Assembly: GCA_009602735.1 (NCBI GenBank)
Contig: WELA01001807.1
Coordinates: forward strand, 1-64,000
Length of the DNA: 64,000 bases
DNA from: Mesotaenium endlicherianum
Taxonomy: Eukaryota
Reading direction: 5' to 3'
Part shown: in pieces, positions 60,114 to 64,000 of the stretch
How the letters are laid out: every line of letters begins with the position of its first letter
Numbering within the stretch: position 1 is the first letter of the stretch
Notes under the pieces: generated by a model
The model's input: the letters and a program-made list of their open reading frames with translations, nothing else
Database searches by the model: none
What the model was told of the DNA's origin: nothing
Program-made: the position numbers and the translations under genes

Positions 60114-63100
60114 TGTAAAGAATCAGTAGATTGGATAGACATAATATTCATTTCAGTATAATAGTCAAATAAATTCAACCTTCTGGACTTCACTTAATAT
60201 TAAGTCTGGTGGACTTTTTGTGATATTCAGTTTAATGACTCAACCTAGAGCAGCAGGTTGAAGTCAACTTAGGTCAGCTTGCTGACACATTCTTTGACAG
60301 TCCGCTGACTGCCGTACTCGGTAGCAGCAAACTGCCTAGTCATATATCTAAGTGTAGTATGCTAGATGAGTGGCCAGATGACACCCTTAAGGTGGATGGC
60401 GATTCGGGATGATGGGAGATGGCTGTGGATTTGGTTAGTCGAGGTCCTACCGACGTGGTTAACTCCCGGGTAGGCAGTGCCATTGCGCTTGCCGTTGAAC
60501 AGTAAACTCATTCCACGTACATATGCTAGGTATGGCTCTCGAGTTCGGCATTCGAAAACGAGGCCAACTCTCTTGTACCGCAAATTGAGAGATATTTGAA
60601 TTCAAAGCGAGAAGCCATTGATGCGACTGTCTCCTAACCTTGCTTATGTATGACTTTACTGATAGCATGATTGACGCTCGTTTACTTGAATTTGACTTAT
60701 GAATATTGTTGCGCTAATCGTGGGGTCTTTTACTAAATAACTTAACCAGAAAATACCATAAAGATTACTTGCTGATATAAAGATCTTTTATTAATTGTTG
60801 ATCGCTTATTGGTAAGTCGATTCATTTAAGTGGTATCAGAGCAGTTACCACAGTCTTCTTTTATGGTAAGGACCAGGTCTCAAGCTAGCAACTCTCGTGA
60901 AATGGAGAGTGAGAACAATGATAACATTGAGGAAGGAAAAGACGAAAGTCGCGTCTTTGAACCTCGCACCTACTTAGAAACGCAACATGATGCAGGAAAT
61001 GGAGAAGCTCCAGAGAAGGCAGCAGCTCTTGTTGCAGTAGCAGCTTAGCATGCTGAGGATGAGCGTAAAGAGGTAGAGGAAGCAATAAACAGGAGAGCCC
61101 CTGAAGAAAGGACGATGGAAGACCAGATGACAAAAAGGGCCAGTCTCTGAAACCAACCTCCTGCTGTACCTACTGTTGTACCTCTTCCCTAGATTCGCAA
61201 ACAACTGAGTGCAACGGGTATAGCCGGAGCAGCAGCAACCGAAAATGCGAAGCTACTACTAATCGAGCTAATGTTGCTGCTGCTGTGTTTGCTGGGCTAC
61301 CACCTCGAACTGTAGATCTGGGAGCATTATTTGTGCAAATGAAATCGCAAATGGCGAGCATGTATCAGTCCCAACAGGAGGACAAAAGGATCATGATGGC
61401 ATTGTTACGTGACAGTGACCAACTGTATTCTTAAAGCAATTGTGGTGGTGGCAGAGGGCCGAGTAAGCCTAAGCCGAAACCTCCTCAGGACTACGACCCT
61501 GAGGGAAATTGAAAGTACTATCTGATCAAGTTTCTCGCTGATGTTGAGCAGTGGCTGGAGAACTACCCAGAAGTGCAGGACTACGATATTTTCAGACACA
61601 CTGGTGCTCATGCACACCAGTGCTCTACTGAAAGGCAGTGCAGCAAACTGGTGGCGGTATTGGAAAGGAGAGCGTAAGGCTCAACAACTCGGTGACCCTA
61701 CTTGGATAGATTTTGTTAAGAAGCAGCATAAGAAATTTGATGTGATAAATCAGCAGGAGAAAGCAATCTATGCAATGATCTCCCTGACACTGAAGCAGAC
61801 CACTTTAATTGCGGAGTATACTCAGAAGTTCCAGGTCAACATGATGAAGCAGCCGCAAGGGCCAGAGCTGTATGTGATAGCATATTTCGGGTATGGCTTG
61901 AAGCTTGAAGTCTCAGGTCATTTTGCTGAAAAGAAATATGAGAAATTGGCTGACTTGATCCAGGATGCTGATGCCTGGGATCAGCAACAGTTTAATTACA
62001 AGCGCCAGAGTATTGCTTTGGTGTCTAAGATTGTCAAAAAGCCACATGGTTTCTACAATGCAATTGAAGGAGACCAGGCTGAGGATGATCAGAGTGATGA
62101 GTACGAGTATGAGTATAATGCTATGCAGTCTAGAGGGAGAAGTGGATACTCTCGAGGTGGCTATGGAAGAGGTGGTGGCAAGTCTAAGCCGAGACCAGCC
62201 TCGGCAAAATCTAATCGCTACCATTGCCAGGAGTCGGATCCCTACAGAGAGCAATGTCCTAGAAAGCACCTGTCAAAGGTCGAGAGAAAGGATCATCCTT
62301 TGGACAGCAACTGTCAGTAATCCAGTCTACTGAGTGTGAGGATGCTAGAGATAGTGAATCGTCGGTAGCTGCCCTCCTAGCAGGTACTATGGGTCCTGCT
62401 GAACTGGATTCACTATGCATGCCTGACAACCAGATAAAGAAGACCATTAGCACTACAGATCTCCGGTGAGTGCACGCTCTGGATGGTCTCATTCCACTTG
62501 ATGTCCAATATTTTTTTGCTAAGTCACAAAAACTCTACGAAAGTCAGGAAAAGTCAGTTCCTCCTATCCTACTGCATTGCATGATTGCAGGTAGGAAGGT
62601 GAGGGCATTTGTTGACGGAGGGGCGTCACATACTTTTATCCACAAAGACTTAGTGAAGCGGCTAAGGCTGCCTACTGTCATCCAGGGGAATAGAAGAATA
62701 TTTCTTGGAGATGCCTCAAGTATCTCGGGAGGAATTATAACCAAGCTTATTAACGTCAGTTAGATTCTGGCATTGCAATTCTAATTGAAACGCTTATTTT
62801 TGAGGTACTCAACACTGGCTTTTATGATCTCGTGCTAGGGAGGTCCTGGCTCAATAGACATCAAGCTGAAGTGTGTTGGAGCAGAGGTACAATTAAAGTA
62901 AGAGGTGCCATTGATGCGCAGACTAACTTGGCACTCACCACTGCTGTTCCTCTTGTCCTGTATGGATGGCAAATGAACGAAACAAAGAGATTTCCAGGAG
63001 GATGCAAACTGTTGAATGCAATGGAGTTCATCCAAAGCTGGAACCAGAAGGACGACAGAATTTTCTGTCTACTGCTCAAAAAGGTACCTCCTCAACCTGA

Positions 63101-64000
63101 AGAAGTGGTGGAGAAAAAGGTGAGCCCTTCGGAGCACCCTACTGCTGGAAAAATTGTTGCCCAGTATGATGATGTTTTTAACATGCCTCCATGATTGCCA
63201 CCTAAGAGGGAGGTAGATCATAAAGTTGATTTATTACCTTGGAGTCAGCCACCTTGGCAACGCAATAATGGCTTGTCTTATGTGGAGAGAGAAGAGTTAA
63301 ACACACAGATTGCAGAGCTTGAGGAGAATGGATATATTTCTCCCATTGAATCACTTTATGGCGCACCCGTCTTATTTGTTAAGAAGAAGGATGCACTATG
63401 CATATGTGTGTGGATTACAGAGCTCTGAACAGAATCACAGTAAAGAACAAATATACTTTTGTTAGAATCAAGGACTTGCTTGATACACTGTATGATGCTA
63501 AAGTGCTCAGTAAGATTGATCTCAAAAGTGAATATCACAAGATCAGGATTGTTGAGGGAGATGATTACAAGACTGCTTTTCGCACACGTTATGGACATTA
63601 TGAGTTCAATGTGATGCCTTTTGGTTTGACTAATCCTCCCGCCACCTTCATAGGTGCTATGAATGACATTTTCAGACTCTACTTGGATAAATTTGTGCAA
63701 GTCTTTTTGGATGATATGCTGATTTTCTCTAAAAATGAGACTGAGCATGCTGATCACTTGAAGAGAATAATGGACACTCTAAGAAAGAATCAGTTATATG
63801 CTAAAAATGAACAAGTGTGATTTTCTTAAGAAGAGTATTGAATTCTTAGGACACGTCAGTTAAGAAGGCATCAGTGTGGATCCTAAGAAAGTCTAAGACC
63901 ATAAGGGACTGGCCAGTACCTCACTCTGTCTCAAAAGTTAAATCCTTACTTGGGCTGGCTATCTTTTATAGGAATTTCATTGAATATTATTCCACTAAGA
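60114..64000 (+). mobile_element. Family B chromovirus copy B3, running off the window end
   Basis: 5' LTR 60114-60829; perfect PBS TGGTATCAGAGC 60831-60842; decayed gag 60863-62320; protease [18 protein letters not shown]...FLDD. Confidence 0.96.

Noticed and set aside
60831..60842. tRNA gene fragment
   Set aside because: It is the retrotransposon PBS complementary to the initiator tRNA-Met 3' end; no cloverleaf is present

Overview
Eukaryotic nuclear DNA. Intron-rich, plant-like genes and initiator-Met-primed chromoviruses point to a streptophyte green alga or early-diverging plant (inference). Three spliced host genes are recoverable: RPN13 (minus, 2194-8912+), an A1 aspartic protease with a GPI-like tail (plus, 45214-51387) and a convergent, bacterial-looking phospholipase/carboxylesterase (minus, 52086-54591). 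Most of 9.8-39.5 kb and 56.8-64 kb is a nest of decayed transposons. Chromovirus family A has ~750-bp LTRs: one full element with TSD, one chimeric internally deleted element and one solo LTR. Chromovirus family B has ~700-bp LTRs: three partial elements plus an odd LTR at the window start. There is also a 1.7-kb solo LTR sharing family-B termini, a piggyBac transposase remnant, a hAT-type MITE and a ~600-bp GC-rich repeat with CCTCAC hairpins into which several elements inserted. The best novelty candidate is a family-B accessory module between pol and the 3' LTR: a large non-env ORF preceded by a branch point/splice acceptor, two extra PPT+TGT motifs and a GTGACA cluster, present in both copies that cover this region. 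Exon calls are by eye from GT-AG sites and remembered homology; no searches were run. Assembly gaps: 4016-4285 and 48133-48310.
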